DNA of 53,503 bases, filler included, from 4 parts of 4 records of this genome joined end to end with filler, not necessarily neighbours in it; one strand, 5' to 3'; numbered from the whole stretch's first letter, positions 19,773-29,696 are shown. Notes: generated by a model from the letters alone, not told the origin. Numbers and translations: made by a program.

Positions 19773-19835
19773 CCTTTGATTTTTTTAATTGATAGTATAA
19801 CAAAAATGAAAAAAGGAGATCAAAAAAAACTTGTC

Positions 19836-20429
19836 CTATGGCAAGTTTTCTGCTTTAGACATCACTTCTTTTCTTATCCTACTCAAAGACGTGTCCGTAA
19901 TTCCTAAATATGTAGCAATGTATTTTAAAGGTACTTCTTTAATAATTTCTGATTTTTCTTGTACCAAGTTTAAATATTTTTGCGAAGCACTCTGAGTGTG
20001 CATTGTAACGGCACGATGCTTTGCCATAAAAAGCTGGTGAGACATCCAAGTGCGACCCCATTCTGTAAAACCATCTATAGTGCTATACAAATTTTGAAAA
20101 TCGTTAAACTCAATTTTATAGACTTCACAATCCGTTAAAGCTTGAATGGTTTCTTTTGAAGGAATACGAAGAAATAAAGAAGCTACTTCAATTAAAATAT
20201 CATTAGGGCTAAAAAAGTCAGTTGTAATTTCATTTCCTTTATAATCAATAACATACGATCGGAATAAACCTTTTTTTATAAGATAATATTCGTTGCTTAT
20301 TTTTCCTTCACTGAGAATGGTATCATTTTTAAGAAACTCAACTTTTGTATGGGCATCAATAATGCTTGTATAGTCTTCCTTTTGAATGTTGGGGTGGTTG
20401 TATGTTTTTTCAAAGAAATCAGTTTTCAT
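19836..20429 (-). CDS. Crp/Fnr-family transcriptional regulator
   Basis: cNMP-binding fold (KGLFRSY, ETIQALTDC) and HTH VPLKYIATYLGITDTSLSRIRK. Confidence 0.9.
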   Translation of the reverse strand: MKTDFFEKTYNHPNIQKEDYTSIIDAHTKVEFLKNDTILSEGKISNEYYLIKKGLFRSYVIDYKGNEITTDFFSPNDILIEVASLFLRIPSKETIQALTDCEVYKIEFNDFQNLYSTIDGFTEWGRTWMSHQLFMAKHRAVTMHTQSASQKYLNLVQEKSEIIKEVPLKYIATYLGITDTSLSRIRKEVMSKAENLP

Positions 20430-20479
20430 AAAATTATGCTTTTGTATCGTTAATGTCCGAGTAAAAATACAAGACCACT

Positions 20480-20579
20480 NNNNNNNNNNNNNNNNNNNNN
20501 NNNNNNNNNNNNNNNNNNNNNNNTTAATTAATTAANNNNNNNNNNNNNNNNNNNNNNNNNNNNNNNNNNNNNNNNNNNN
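20480..20579. other. Artificial contig spacer
   Basis: N44-TTAATTAATTAA-N44, with an AT-rich to GC-rich switch. Confidence 0.98.
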
Positions 20580-20749
20580 CGGGAAATATTTCCCAGGCCC
20601 TTTTTCTTTAGCACCCAGTAAAGAAGCACCCCCTCACGTTGAGGTTTCGGCTGCTTCGCGGCCATAATAGCTACTCATCCTCACAACGAGACTAGAGGTT
20701 CTGAAAAACATCCCTATAATGCCGGTATTTTCTAATCAGGACTTTTTAT

Positions 20750-21772
20750 GTGATGTATGAGCTTATTCTACTGCTTGGGGTAGTTGCTGCGTTTGTGGCT
20801 GGTACAAAAGCGCAAGCCATTGGCGTGAGCCTGAAGCTGCTGGATGACCCAAAAGCTGAGGCGCATAAAGCGCATGTCAGTGCGGTTCCTCAAGTCGGCT
20901 CAGTGCTGCTGTTCGCAAGTTTGCTCGCAATTGCTATCGCTGCAGCCCTCTTTGGCCGTGGGCTGGTCTTTATACCTATCGTCCTGTGCGCGTCACTTGT
21001 CGGTGCGCTTGGTATCATTGACGACCGGCTTAAACTTTCCTGGGTCTCCCGATTTGTGGCGCTGTGGCTCATCATTGCCGTCTTGCTGGTCCTGTCGCCT
21101 GAGCTTCTCATTACCTCCCTGCATTGGTCCTGGGGGCAAACAAGTGATCTGGGGCTTGTGGGCGGTTCCGCTTTCACCGCACTTTGCCTTGTCGGCCTCG
21201 TTATCGCGCTTAACATGATGGACGGCTTCAATGGTGGCATCCTGTCTCAAGGAATCGTGTGGTCACTGACCTTCGCCTATCTCGCTACCGGCCCGGCTAC
21301 GACAGTTCTCCTCACTGTAACCGCAACGCTGTTTGTGATCCTTTATTTCAACCTGCCCAGCAAGCTGTTCATGGGCGATGGCGGCGCATACGCGCTTGGC
21401 CTCTTCATGGGCGCTTCGGCCATCATGATGTATAGCGCTGACACGAACGCCACGGTTTATGCCGATACCATCGTGGTATGGCTTGCCCTGCCAGTGTTTG
21501 ATTGTTTGAGGGTCATCTTCAGGCGGAAGCTTCGCGGCGAAAGCCCGTTCCTGCCGCAACGTGACCACTTGCATCATCTGTTGATGAAATCTGTTCACCG
21601 CCACGCAGGGCTGGTTTTCAGCTTCCTGTACACGGCGATATCCAGTCTCGCGGCAATACTCAAGCCCGAGGCCAGCTATATCATCGTGCTTGTTCAATTG
21701 CTCACGCTCGCCGTAGTTGTGGCAGTGACCTCCAGCAAACCAAAAGCTGTACCCCCAAGCCCGGCGGAGTAG
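20750..21772 (+). CDS. MraY/WecA-family polyprenyl-phosphate glycosyl-1-phosphate transferase
   Basis: Multi-TM protein with GIIDD, NMMDGFNG, FMGDGG and DHLHH motifs. Confidence 0.88.
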   Translation: MMYELILLLGVVAAFVAGTKAQAIGVSLKLLDDPKAEAHKAHVSAVPQVGSVLLFASLLAIAIAAALFGRGLVFIPIVLCASLVGALGIIDDRLKLSWVSRFVALWLIIAVLLVLSPELLITSLHWSWGQTSDLGLVGGSAFTALCLVGLVIALNMMDGFNGGILSQGIVWSLTFAYLATGPATTVLLTVTATLFVILYFNLPSKLFMGDGGAYALGLFMGASAIMMYSADTNATVYADTIVVWLALPVFDCLRVIFRRKLRGESPFLPQRDHLHHLLMKSVHRHAGLVFSFLYTAISSLAAILKPEASYIIVLVQLLTLAVVVAVTSSKPKAVPPSPAE

Positions 21773-21813
21773 ACCCGCCGGTCTTGTGCGCCCACAAGTG
21801 TTCGTGAATTCAA

Positions 21814-22131
21814 TCAAAGAACCTTTTGAAGCCACCGCGCTCCAAAGGGTGATAGAAGCCACAAAAGCACCCCCATATTCACAACAACCGTGGCCCAGAA
21901 CTGACGCCTGAAGGATAGTTTGCGCGTCTTGTGCCGGAACCCCTGCTGCGCGACAATGGCCCCGGGCCAGCCGCCCAAAAGGCCAAGCAGGAGCAATGTG
22001 CTCTCGCTCACCCGCCAAGAGCGACTTTCAGCCGCGAACTTGTCATACCCATAGGTAAGAAGGGTGATGAAACTGACCCCGCAGTACAGCATGGCAATAT
22101 TGATCAGCAGGCTATCGTAAAACTCAACCAT
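21814..22131 (-). CDS. DUF1294-family membrane protein (start reassigned to MVEF)
   Basis: YGYDK.AA...WRVSESTL...GGWPGA..AQQ.FRHKTRK. GAGGAG lies upstream of 22131. Confidence 0.85.
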   Translation of the reverse strand: MVEFYDSLLINIAMLYCGVSFITLLTYGYDKFAAESRSWRVSESTLLLLGLLGGWPGAIVAQQGFRHKTRKLSFRRQFWATVVVNMGVLLWLLSPFGARWLQKVL

Positions 22132-22187
22132 TTTGCTACGCTCCTCGATGGGGGTACAGGCACCACCTGACCCGTCCGACACATATC

Positions 22188-22697
22188 TTATGGGGTACTG
22201 TCGTCCGGCGAGTGATGATCATAGCTCAGCACACGTTTGAGCGTCCATTTCTCACTGTCGAGCACCCATACATGGGTAAACCGTGCACTTGAGGTGTGAC
22301 GAAGCGGCTTGTCTTCTTCGCGTAGGAAAAACTCATGCACACCTTCCTGAATAGCGCCATAGAGCACACCGGCTCCAGTACGAAGCGGGTAAACCTTCAG
22401 GCTACCGGGCACCAGTTTCCGGATAGGTTTTACCGCCGGATTGCCGCAAATGTTCTGCTCGACGGTGGCCATGAAATTCGCCTTTGAGTTCTCAAAACCA
22501 CCCGTGTCGTGATAAAATTCAAAATCCTCGGGGATAAGCTCAATCAGTTTTGAGTGATCACACTGATTGAAGCTTCGATCAAAAATCGCGTCATCAAGGG
22601 ACTTCAAGGTCTTATAGAGATCGCTGTCTTCAGCTACCTGGGCTTGAGCAGCATGGGGGAGCGCAGCCAACAGGCACGCAAAAATTGCGGTTTTCAT
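22188..22697 (-). CDS. Exported DUF4440/NTF2-like protein (start reassigned to MKTAIF)
   Basis: Signal peptide, FNQCD, FEFYHDTGG, GAIQEG.H.F, ARFTHVW, RVLSYDH. Confidence 0.82.
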   Translation of the reverse strand: MKTAIFACLLAALPHAAQAQVAEDSDLYKTLKSLDDAIFDRSFNQCDHSKLIELIPEDFEFYHDTGGFENSKANFMATVEQNICGNPAVKPIRKLVPGSLKVYPLRTGAGVLYGAIQEGVHEFFLREEDKPLRHTSSARFTHVWVLDSEKWTLKRVLSYDHHSPDDSTP

Positions 22698-22777
22698 GAT
22701 ATTTCCTCGCTGTGTTTGTTTTTTATGCGAGTATGATACCATAGGCCTGCCGGATAGAAAATGACCCTCAAAGCCAG

Positions 22778-23980
22778 TTATTTAGCCCCTGTACCATCCA
22801 CCAAAGTGCGAATGGCGGATACACATTTCCTGAGTTCATAACGGTCCAGCACCAGAGCCCGCGCGGCCTCTTGCACGCTGGTATGGGCCGTGGGTGATCC
22901 GACAATCTCAGTAATGCGCTGCGCGACAGCTTCAACATCACCTTCCGGAACCAGATAACCGGTTTCACCGTCTGTGATCACCTCCCTGACGGGCGCGTTA
23001 TCAGACGCCAGCACCGGCAGCCCGACGCTCATGGCATTCAATAGCGACCAGGAAAGCACAAAGGGTTGGCTCAAGTATACATGCAGCCAGGAGACTTGCA
23101 GCAACTTCACAAACTCTACTTCCTTCACAACCCCAAGGAAGTGCGTGCGGGCCGGATCATAGTCCACCTTCGCCTCCGCCCAGGCCTTGAGCCCAACACC
23201 TTTCGCACCGGGGTCATAGCAGATGCGGTCAGCAGCTGCGATCAGCACTTCAAGCGCAGGGTCTGCCTTCTGCGCCAGCGCTATCGCTTTCATGAAGGCC
23301 GGAAACCCGCGGGTATGCTCCATACCGCGCGCGGCATAGGTGACCACCTTGTCCTTGCGGGTGAAAGTGCGGCCAGCAAATTCAAACCGGGCATCAGGGT
23401 CGGGCTGGTACAGTTCTGTATCAATACCGTCATGCAGCACGTTGATGCCAGGCTGCCACAAGGCAGGAAACTGCGCGCGCTGGGTATAGGTGGGCGAAAG
23501 CGCTGCGTCCGCGAGCGCAAACTCCTGCGTCAACGCCATATTCAGCAGGTGGGCCTTGTTGTGACGGGCGATCTCAACCTGCTCAAGGCCTTCTTTTGAA
23601 TTGGTCGGCACATACCATTCCAGGTAGGTAACAAAACGCGCGTTGGGGAACAGGTCGCGGATGAAATATCCGGCCCCGCGCCCCGCATGGCTGACAATCA
23701 CATCGGGCCGAAAGCCTGAAGCCCACAGGGGCCTGAGCGCTTTGTAACAGGCAAGACCCAGCGTAACGGCTTTTTTGCCGGGATCCGCCTTCGCGGCATC
23801 AACACCAGTGGGCAGGTCATACATTACCTGACGAAAAGGCAGTTTAGACGACGTGCTCAAGCGGCTAGCGCCGACAATGGTATGGCCCTCTCCGAGCAGT
23901 TCTTTCAGCAGATGCTTGAACTGGCCTGGCAAGGCGTCATGTATGAAAAGATAGTTCAAATCCGGTCCCCTGATCCTCAC
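22778..23980 (-). CDS. GT4-family glycosyltransferase
   Basis: LFIH..PGQF, GFRPDVIVSH, HDGIDT, ARGME..RGF, PFVLSWSLL.AMS.G. Confidence 0.88.
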   Translation of the reverse strand: MRIRGPDLNYLFIHDALPGQFKHLLKELLGEGHTIVGASRLSTSSKLPFRQVMYDLPTGVDAAKADPGKKAVTLGLACYKALRPLWASGFRPDVIVSHAGRGAGYFIRDLFPNARFVTYLEWYVPTNSKEGLEQVEIARHNKAHLLNMALTQEFALADAALSPTYTQRAQFPALWQPGINVLHDGIDTELYQPDPDARFEFAGRTFTRKDKVVTYAARGMEHTRGFPAFMKAIALAQKADPALEVLIAAADRICYDPGAKGVGLKAWAEAKVDYDPARTHFLGVVKEVEFVKLLQVSWLHVYLSQPFVLSWSLLNAMSVGLPVLASDNAPVREVITDGETGYLVPEGDVEAVAQRITEIVGSPTAHTSVQEAARALVLDRYELRKCVSAIRTLVDGTGAK

Positions 23981-24205
23981 ATCTTTTCAATAGCGCGAAA
24001 ATTCCGCCGCTGCCAGCACAACCATGCCACAAGAAATTGCTCAGTCTTGCCATCAGATTATCTGGTGTTATCGTATAGATTATCGAGGCATGGAAACCTG
24101 CTATGCCTCCAGGTTGAAAGGGTGGAAATCGGGCCACATGTTAATTTTGGTTCATCGTGTGGCCAACGTTGTTTGATGATCTATGAAGCAAAGATGGGGG
24201 AAATC

Positions 24206-25531
24206 ATGAACCATTGGGTAAAACACACTAGAACTTTCGCCAGTGCCTTGTTGGTCCTTGCGCTGGTCGCCTGTTCGGGCGGCAATGACCAACCAGGCGA
24301 AGAAGATATTAGAAACGCAATTGCCTTCAGCTTGCCCGGTGGACTGGAAGTGGCTGATGTCGAGATTCTCGTAACAGAAAATGCCGGTTCCGAAGTTGAG
24401 CCCCTGATCAGGAACCGGGCCAATGTCACGTTGGAGTTTTCTGATGATTTTGTCTCGGTTGTGGAGCGCTATGGCGACAAAGCCATCCTGAGCAAATTAT
24501 ACACCAAAGGTCAGGAGTTGAATGGCACCGCAATCACATCGGCCCGCCTTCAGGGAAACAGCTGGTCTGTCAACATTGACCGCTTCGACATCACCCGCGT
24601 GAAGGGAACAGCACTCGGGCAATTCGCCCAGGGCACCTATGCATTCGAAAACACGGAAGATGCAGCGATTTTCAAAAAATCGTATGAAGACAAACTCGCA
24701 AACCAAGAAGCCGAACGCCAGGCCGCCATCGCCGCAGCGGAGAAGGAACAAGCCGACCGGATTGCTGCTTTCCGTAGCCAAATCGCTGGAACCTGGGCCG
24801 CAAAAACACCCATGATGCGAAACGGCGGCATCTATATGGGTCGCGATAAAAAGACTGCTGGGGTCGAGATTACCTTTCCGGACGGCGACGAGGCTGCAGG
24901 TATCGCTCCCTTTACCTTGTACGTGACCGATAATCCGAACGACAAACTGACCGTAGACGCAGGGTTTACCATAGCTGAGGACGGCCAGTCTGTGAGAGTG
25001 CGCGCCCGCAGCAACAAGCACAAAACACTCAATATGTATTTGAATGAAACGTGGGTCATGGATGCGGACGGCCAACTACAGGCTGGTAATTCGCGCGACC
25101 GCTGGCAGGTACAGCTTGAAAAGGACGGCGCAGCCGTTGCGGAAAAAAGAGCTTTGGCCGAGAATTTGCAAAAACGCGACAAGGCAATTGAGGCGCTCGT
25201 TATCAAACACCAGGCAGGTCTGGCGCCAAGCCGGTTCCGCGATATGCGCATGAAGCGAAACACCTACACCCCGATGTTTGTGGAGGCCGTGCCCGATGCA
25301 AATCAAAAAATATTCGGCGACCAGACCTACGACGGCGATAGTAATATCGCGCTTGCGGCCATTCATAGTGGTGTCCTCGAACGGGGCGAAGCCGGGGTCG
25401 TGAAAGTGACATACCTCTATTCACAAGACCGGCAGGAAACTCTCGGTACTGTTAAAAACGGTGTCACGTCAGGTCAATACAGATCCTGGCATCACTACAC
25501 GATCGAACTGATCGAAAAACTTGCCGACTAA
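24206..25531 (+). CDS. Lipoprotein with C-terminal LCCL domain (start reassigned to MNHW)
   Basis: Lipobox LVA-C, coiled linker, and LCCL-like IFG..TY..DSNI.LAAIHSGVL...E.G.V.V. A purine-rich RBS precedes 24206. Confidence 0.72.
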   Translation: MNHWVKHTRTFASALLVLALVACSGGNDQPGEEDIRNAIAFSLPGGLEVADVEILVTENAGSEVEPLIRNRANVTLEFSDDFVSVVERYGDKAILSKLYTKGQELNGTAITSARLQGNSWSVNIDRFDITRVKGTALGQFAQGTYAFENTEDAAIFKKSYEDKLANQEAERQAAIAAAEKEQADRIAAFRSQIAGTWAAKTPMMRNGGIYMGRDKKTAGVEITFPDGDEAAGIAPFTLYVTDNPNDKLTVDAGFTIAEDGQSVRVRARSNKHKTLNMYLNETWVMDADGQLQAGNSRDRWQVQLEKDGAAVAEKRALAENLQKRDKAIEALVIKHQAGLAPSRFRDMRMKRNTYTPMFVEAVPDANQKIFGDQTYDGDSNIALAAIHSGVLERGEAGVVKVTYLYSQDRQETLGTVKNGVTSGQYRSWHHYTIELIEKLAD

Positions 25532-25540
25532 ACAATATTG

Positions 25541-25570
25541 GGACCGACACACCAACATTTGTGTCGGTCC
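25541..25570. terminator. Perfect 11-bp hairpin after the LCCL gene
   Basis: GGACCGACACA-N8-TGTGTCGGTCC, with no clear U-tract. Confidence 0.4.
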
Positions 25571-25783
25571 TCCCTGCCAGTTATTGGTTTTCTCTTCTTT
25601 CATGCGTGACCGGAACCAGCACAGGCTCCTTGGGCTAAATAGATGCAATTGCACTAAATTTTAACCAATATTATCAGCCATTTAGAGAAAAATACGCGCT
25701 AATCCTTAAGCCTGGATTCACATCTCTCTGCCAAAATAAGTCACAGGATCACACTCCGATCAGGCAAATTTTGGAGATGAACG

Positions 25784-26491
25784 ATGCGGATTATCGCCGT
25801 TACGTCACAAAAGGGCGGTTCAGGCAAAACCACCCTTTCCGGCCATCTGGCCGTTGCAGCAGAACGCGCGGGCGCCGGGCCCGTCGCCCTTGTTGACACA
25901 GACCCCCAGGGCAGCCTTTCCGACTGGTGGAATGAGCGCGAAGCCGAAACCCCCGCTTTCGCCCGCGTGAACATAGGTGCCCTTGCGCATGACCTGCAAA
26001 TACTTCGGGACCGCGGTATCAAGCTCGTGTTTATCGACACACCACCTGCCATCACCCGGTCCATCCGGGCAGTTATCCAGAAAGCAGACCTTGTAATCAT
26101 CCCGACACGGCCGAGCCCCCATGACCTGCGCGCAGCTGGCGCCACGGTGGATCTGGTCGAACGCGCGGAAAAACCGCTTATTTTTGTGGTGAACGGCGCG
26201 ACAGCACGCGCACGGCTGACGGGTGAGGCTGCGATTGCGCTTTCTCAGCACGGCACAGTGGCTCCAACCATCATCCACAACCGGCAGGATTTTGCCGCCA
26301 GCATGATCGATGGCCGCACGGTGATGGAAGCCGCAAGCGGCGGCCGTTCGGCGGAAGAGATTGAGGCTCTATGGGCTTATGTAGACGACAGGGTGAAACG
26401 CCTGCCTGTGAAGGCCACCTTCAAGGCAACGCCCATTCATCGCGGTGCTTTTGGCACCCGGGACGTGCCCGGCGTACAACACGCAGGCTGA
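25784..26491 (+). CDS. Orphan ParA-family ATPase
   Basis: Deviant Walker A KGGSGKTT, DTDPQGS, FIDTPP. No N-terminal HTH and no parB. Confidence 0.9.
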   Translation: MRIIAVTSQKGGSGKTTLSGHLAVAAERAGAGPVALVDTDPQGSLSDWWNEREAETPAFARVNIGALAHDLQILRDRGIKLVFIDTPPAITRSIRAVIQKADLVIIPTRPSPHDLRAAGATVDLVERAEKPLIFVVNGATARARLTGEAAIALSQHGTVAPTIIHNRQDFAASMIDGRTVMEAASGGRSAEEIEALWAYVDDRVKRLPVKATFKATPIHRGAFGTRDVPGVQHAG

Positions 26492-26527
26492 AGCTCACGC
26501 GACCGAAAGGATGAAAGGAAGTAAAGT

Positions 26528-26938
26528 ATGACAATGGCATCCTTAAGTGCATCGCTGCTCGCTCGTAAGGGAGACGCGCGCCCGGCCAACCGGGTCAAGG
26601 AAATGTTTGTACCCCGGAGCGCGCCACAGCCCCGTTCAACCGAGGCCCGTACGCCAGAGACCCATACGCCGTCGCTCCCTGTTCGGGCAACAAGCGAAAA
26701 GCCGGTACAGCTTCGTGAACACGGGACCAGCCCCGCACCTCAAACCAGTGTAGCAGCCCGAAAACAGAAATCCTTGCGGCTTGATCTGGTCACCGACCGT
26801 GCGCTGCGCATGCTTGCCGCACGGGACGGTGTGACGCAGCAGTCATTGATGGAAGCGGCGGTGAAAACACTGATTAATGAAAAATCTGATGAGGCGGGTT
26901 GCGTCTGCGGTCAGAACGGAGCGGTCGTTAGATCCTAA
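26528..26938 (+). CDS. Small ParA-associated protein with disordered middle and RHH-like C-terminus
   Basis: N-terminal ASLSASLLARKGDARPA, Pro/Thr-rich linker, then KSLRLDLVTDRALRMLAARDGVTQQSLMEAAV. Good RBS (AAGGAAG). Confidence 0.65.
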   Translation: MTMASLSASLLARKGDARPANRVKEMFVPRSAPQPRSTEARTPETHTPSLPVRATSEKPVQLREHGTSPAPQTSVAARKQKSLRLDLVTDRALRMLAARDGVTQQSLMEAAVKTLINEKSDEAGCVCGQNGAVVRS

Positions 26939-26961
26939 CACCTGAGGCGGTAAGGTCGCCT

Positions 26962-28074
26962 CTATTCCTCCACCGGGGGTTTGGCAAAACAGTCATGCCC
27001 GGCACGCTTCAGCGCCACACAGTGCTTGACCGCGCGCTGCATGCTTTCCACCGGGCCAAACACCAGCCGAAACATGCCAGGGCGATTGGCATTTTCAACC
27101 ACTTCGGAAAACAGGTCCTGCACATCGGTTTTCTCGTTCGCCATAATACGAGCCTGCACCCTCTCAATCTCCTCACGGCTCATGGCGAAACCCACTTCCA
27201 GGTGCCAGACCGTATTCCAGTCTTCGGGTTTGACCTTGTCACCTTTCGATTCTTCATAGCTTTTTATGATCGCGCTGGCGTCATCTGTCACCAGTTCAAG
27301 CGCGAGCGGCTTGTTATCAAACCCTTTGGTGCGCATGGTGGCGGCGTAAGCGAGGGCCGTTTCCCGCGCCTCATCGCTAAGCTGGGACTGCATCTCAGGC
27401 TCGGCCGTAACGGCAGGTGCATACTCAAGCTGGCTCGCGCGCCACACGAGGCCATAAGCGCGCACAGGATCAGGCAGGATCCCGTTTTCCCCGTTCCAGT
27501 AAACCATGCCAAGCAGGTACATGGCTTCAGGTTCACCCTCTAACGCATACTGCTGCCATATCTCTATGGCCTCATTCACGTCACCCTCGCCATTGCCTTC
27601 AAAAAATAAAAGGTTAGCCAGACTAAGTGATGCGCGGGTGTGGCCAAGCCGTGCCGCAAACCGGTAATACATCAAGGCAACCGGCTCAGTTGCCTCTTTG
27701 CCCGCGCCCAAACGGTTTATTTCAGCGAGATGGAAAAATGCGTTGGCGTTTCCAAGCTCGCCAAGCCTGCGCAGCATTTCCGTTCCGGTCTCAGGTTGTC
27801 CTTCGCGGATCAACTCAAGGGCGTCTTCCACTTCATCTTCCAGCATGGTCCTGCTGTTGGCATCCGTGCTGGACGTTTGCGGTGTATCTGCCTCATCCGC
27901 ATCCTGGGAAAATGCAGGAATAACAGGCATTACAAGCATGCACAGGGCAACTACAGCGCCGCAACAGCGCCGCACCGCGTGATCCCATCTCAGTCCCAGA
28001 AAAGGCCACTGCATGCCTATGTCCTTAATTTTAGACAACTTATTAGAAAATACCCTTAAAAGCCCACGGGTCAA
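26962..28074 (-). CDS. Exported SEL1-repeat protein with C-terminal SPOR-like domain (true start probably 28014 or later)
   Basis: SEL1 repeats (AFFHLAEI, AMYLLGMVYWNG, DPVRAYGL) and C-terminal FRLVFGPV...A...C..LK..G.DC. Confidence 0.75.
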   Translation of the reverse strand: MTRGLLRVFSNKLSKIKDIGMQWPFLGLRWDHAVRRCCGAVVALCMLVMPVIPAFSQDADEADTPQTSSTDANSRTMLEDEVEDALELIREGQPETGTEMLRRLGELGNANAFFHLAEINRLGAGKEATEPVALMYYRFAARLGHTRASLSLANLLFFEGNGEGDVNEAIEIWQQYALEGEPEAMYLLGMVYWNGENGILPDPVRAYGLVWRASQLEYAPAVTAEPEMQSQLSDEARETALAYAATMRTKGFDNKPLALELVTDDASAIIKSYEESKGDKVKPEDWNTVWHLEVGFAMSREEIERVQARIMANEKTDVQDLFSEVVENANRPGMFRLVFGPVESMQRAVKHCVALKRAGHDCFAKPPVEE

Positions 28075-28163
28075 TTAAAGCTTCTTTCATCTGTCTTCGA
28101 TATGGTCATTTCTGAATTTAGGCAATTCTATCAGGCAAACCAACGCTGAAAAGCGAGACTAAC

Positions 28164-29558
28164 ATGACAAGTAGAAACACCGTCAGGCACTTAATGGTCT
28201 GCACCATGCTTTGCAGTGGTGCCCTTGCAAGCGCTGCGTGCTCGCAATCCGGCGCGGGCATATATGCTTCCAACCCGGCCCCGCAAGCAGCAAATGGCGC
28301 GCCCCAATCGGGCGGGCTTCTCGCGATCGCAACCGAACTGGCGGCCAAGGGTGACCATGAAGCCGCCATCCCGCTTTACCGCCATGTGGCCACCACCACC
28401 CGGGCACCAGCCGCCGTCACCGCACTTGCGGTAAGCCTGAGCGCGCTCGGCAATCACGCAGAAGCGGAAGAAATTCTCGAGACGCTCGCGGCTCGGCAGG
28501 AGCTGGACGGCAACGGCTGGTACCAGCTTGGCAAAACCCGCATTGCGCTTGGTAAATTTGATGCTGCCCTTGCAGCACTGGATCAGGCCGCACCTCTCAT
28601 GCCCGGCAACAGCAAGCTTGCGTCCGCGCGCGGTATTACGCTCGCGGCCCTTGGTCGCACCAAAGAAGCGCTTGGTGCTTTCCGCAACACGGTCGACCCG
28701 GCGGGCCTGTCCAACATGGCACTTGTGTTTGCCATGACCGACCAGCCGGAAGCTGCGGTAAACATCCTTGAGCCGCTCGCCAAAAGCGGTGCCGCCGGTG
28801 TGCAGGCGCGGCAAAATCTGGCGCTTGCCTACCTGCTGGCTGGCCGTGACGAGGACGCCTTCAAGATGGCACGCCTTGATCTCGACCCCGCCAGCGTGAA
28901 CGAGACCTTCACCTTCTATCGCTCCCTCTCAAGTCTGCCAACAGACCGGCGCATGCAAGCCCTTGTGGCGGGTGTGGTAGACCCCTCATGGACCCGCGAG
29001 GAAGCGGGCAACCTCATGATGGCGGACAGCCAGCCATCCCGCGAAGCCGCCAAACGCATTGCGGCTGGCCCTGTGATCGCCAAACCTGTGATCGCCAAAA
29101 AAGAGCCTGAGAAACCCGCCACTATGGCCGAAGCCCCAAAGCCTGAACCTGCGCCAAAAGCCGATGTGGCCAATTATGAACTCACCGAAATCCCGCCGCT
29201 TGTGGAGCCCACAGGCTGGGCGCTACAAATTGGGGCTTACCGAAATGTGAAAGCATTGATGCGCGGCTGGACCATCTTGTTTCGGGCAAACGCAGACCTT
29301 TTAGCTGAAATCCCGCCCCGGCGCTCTGAGGTGGATTTTGGCAATCGCGACGGCAAACCAAAAGGTTTCTATTACCGCCTGAACGCGGGGCCCCTTAAAA
29401 CGCTGGCCGAGGCGCGCACGCTTTGCAAGGAGCTGAAAGCGCGCGGAACAGATTGCTGGATCAGACCGCCGGAGAAGAGCGAAGGCACCTTGCCGGACGC
29501 AAAACCAGAGTCTGAGAGCAAATCTGGTGTCACAACAGCGAGTCTGAGCGCAGAATAA
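28164..29558 (+). CDS. TPR-repeat lipoprotein with C-terminal SPOR domain
   Basis: AAC lipobox-like signal, TPRs (ARQNLALAYLLAG) and SPOR WALQIGAY...YYRLNAGP...ARTLC..LKARG.DC. Confidence 0.8.
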   Translation: MTSRNTVRHLMVCTMLCSGALASAACSQSGAGIYASNPAPQAANGAPQSGGLLAIATELAAKGDHEAAIPLYRHVATTTRAPAAVTALAVSLSALGNHAEAEEILETLAARQELDGNGWYQLGKTRIALGKFDAALAALDQAAPLMPGNSKLASARGITLAALGRTKEALGAFRNTVDPAGLSNMALVFAMTDQPEAAVNILEPLAKSGAAGVQARQNLALAYLLAGRDEDAFKMARLDLDPASVNETFTFYRSLSSLPTDRRMQALVAGVVDPSWTREEAGNLMMADSQPSREAAKRIAAGPVIAKPVIAKKEPEKPATMAEAPKPEPAPKADVANYELTEIPPLVEPTGWALQIGAYRNVKALMRGWTILFRANADLLAEIPPRRSEVDFGNRDGKPKGFYYRLNAGPLKTLAEARTLCKELKARGTDCWIRPPEKSEGTLPDAKPESESKSGVTTASLSAE

Positions 29559-29591
29559 TTCCCGAATTTCGTCAATAAGAAGCGTTTTGAC

Positions 29592-29624
29592 CTTGAAGAA
29601 AGCGCATCTCATGCCCAAAATCTA
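29592..29624 (+). promoter_or_regulatory. Possible RpoH (sigma32) promoter of hsp20
   Basis: CTTGAA followed by CCCAAAATCTA. The -10 match is imperfect. Confidence 0.4.
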
Positions 29625-29696
29625 AAAACAGGCACGCGGCCATTTGGTGCGGCCTTTTTTTGGCGTTTGCGCGGCTCATAAGAGGGCGTGACCGCT

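Noticed and set aside
21263-22018. 251-aa minus-strand ORF
   Set aside because: Antisense to the MraY-family gene and out of frame within DUF1294; a GC-rich shadow ORF.
23882-24205. N-terminal 108-aa extension of the LCCL lipoprotein ORF
   Set aside because: It overlaps the divergent glycosyltransferase start, and the signal peptide and RBS point to ATG 24206.
25650-25715. Possible CtrA sites upstream of parA (TTAACC, TTAAG)
   Set aside because: Only half-sites; no proper TTAA-N7-TTAA.
29070-29099. 15-bp tandem duplication CCTGTGATCGCCAAA x2
   Set aside because: An in-frame PVIAK duplication in a low-complexity linker, not an array or regulatory repeat.
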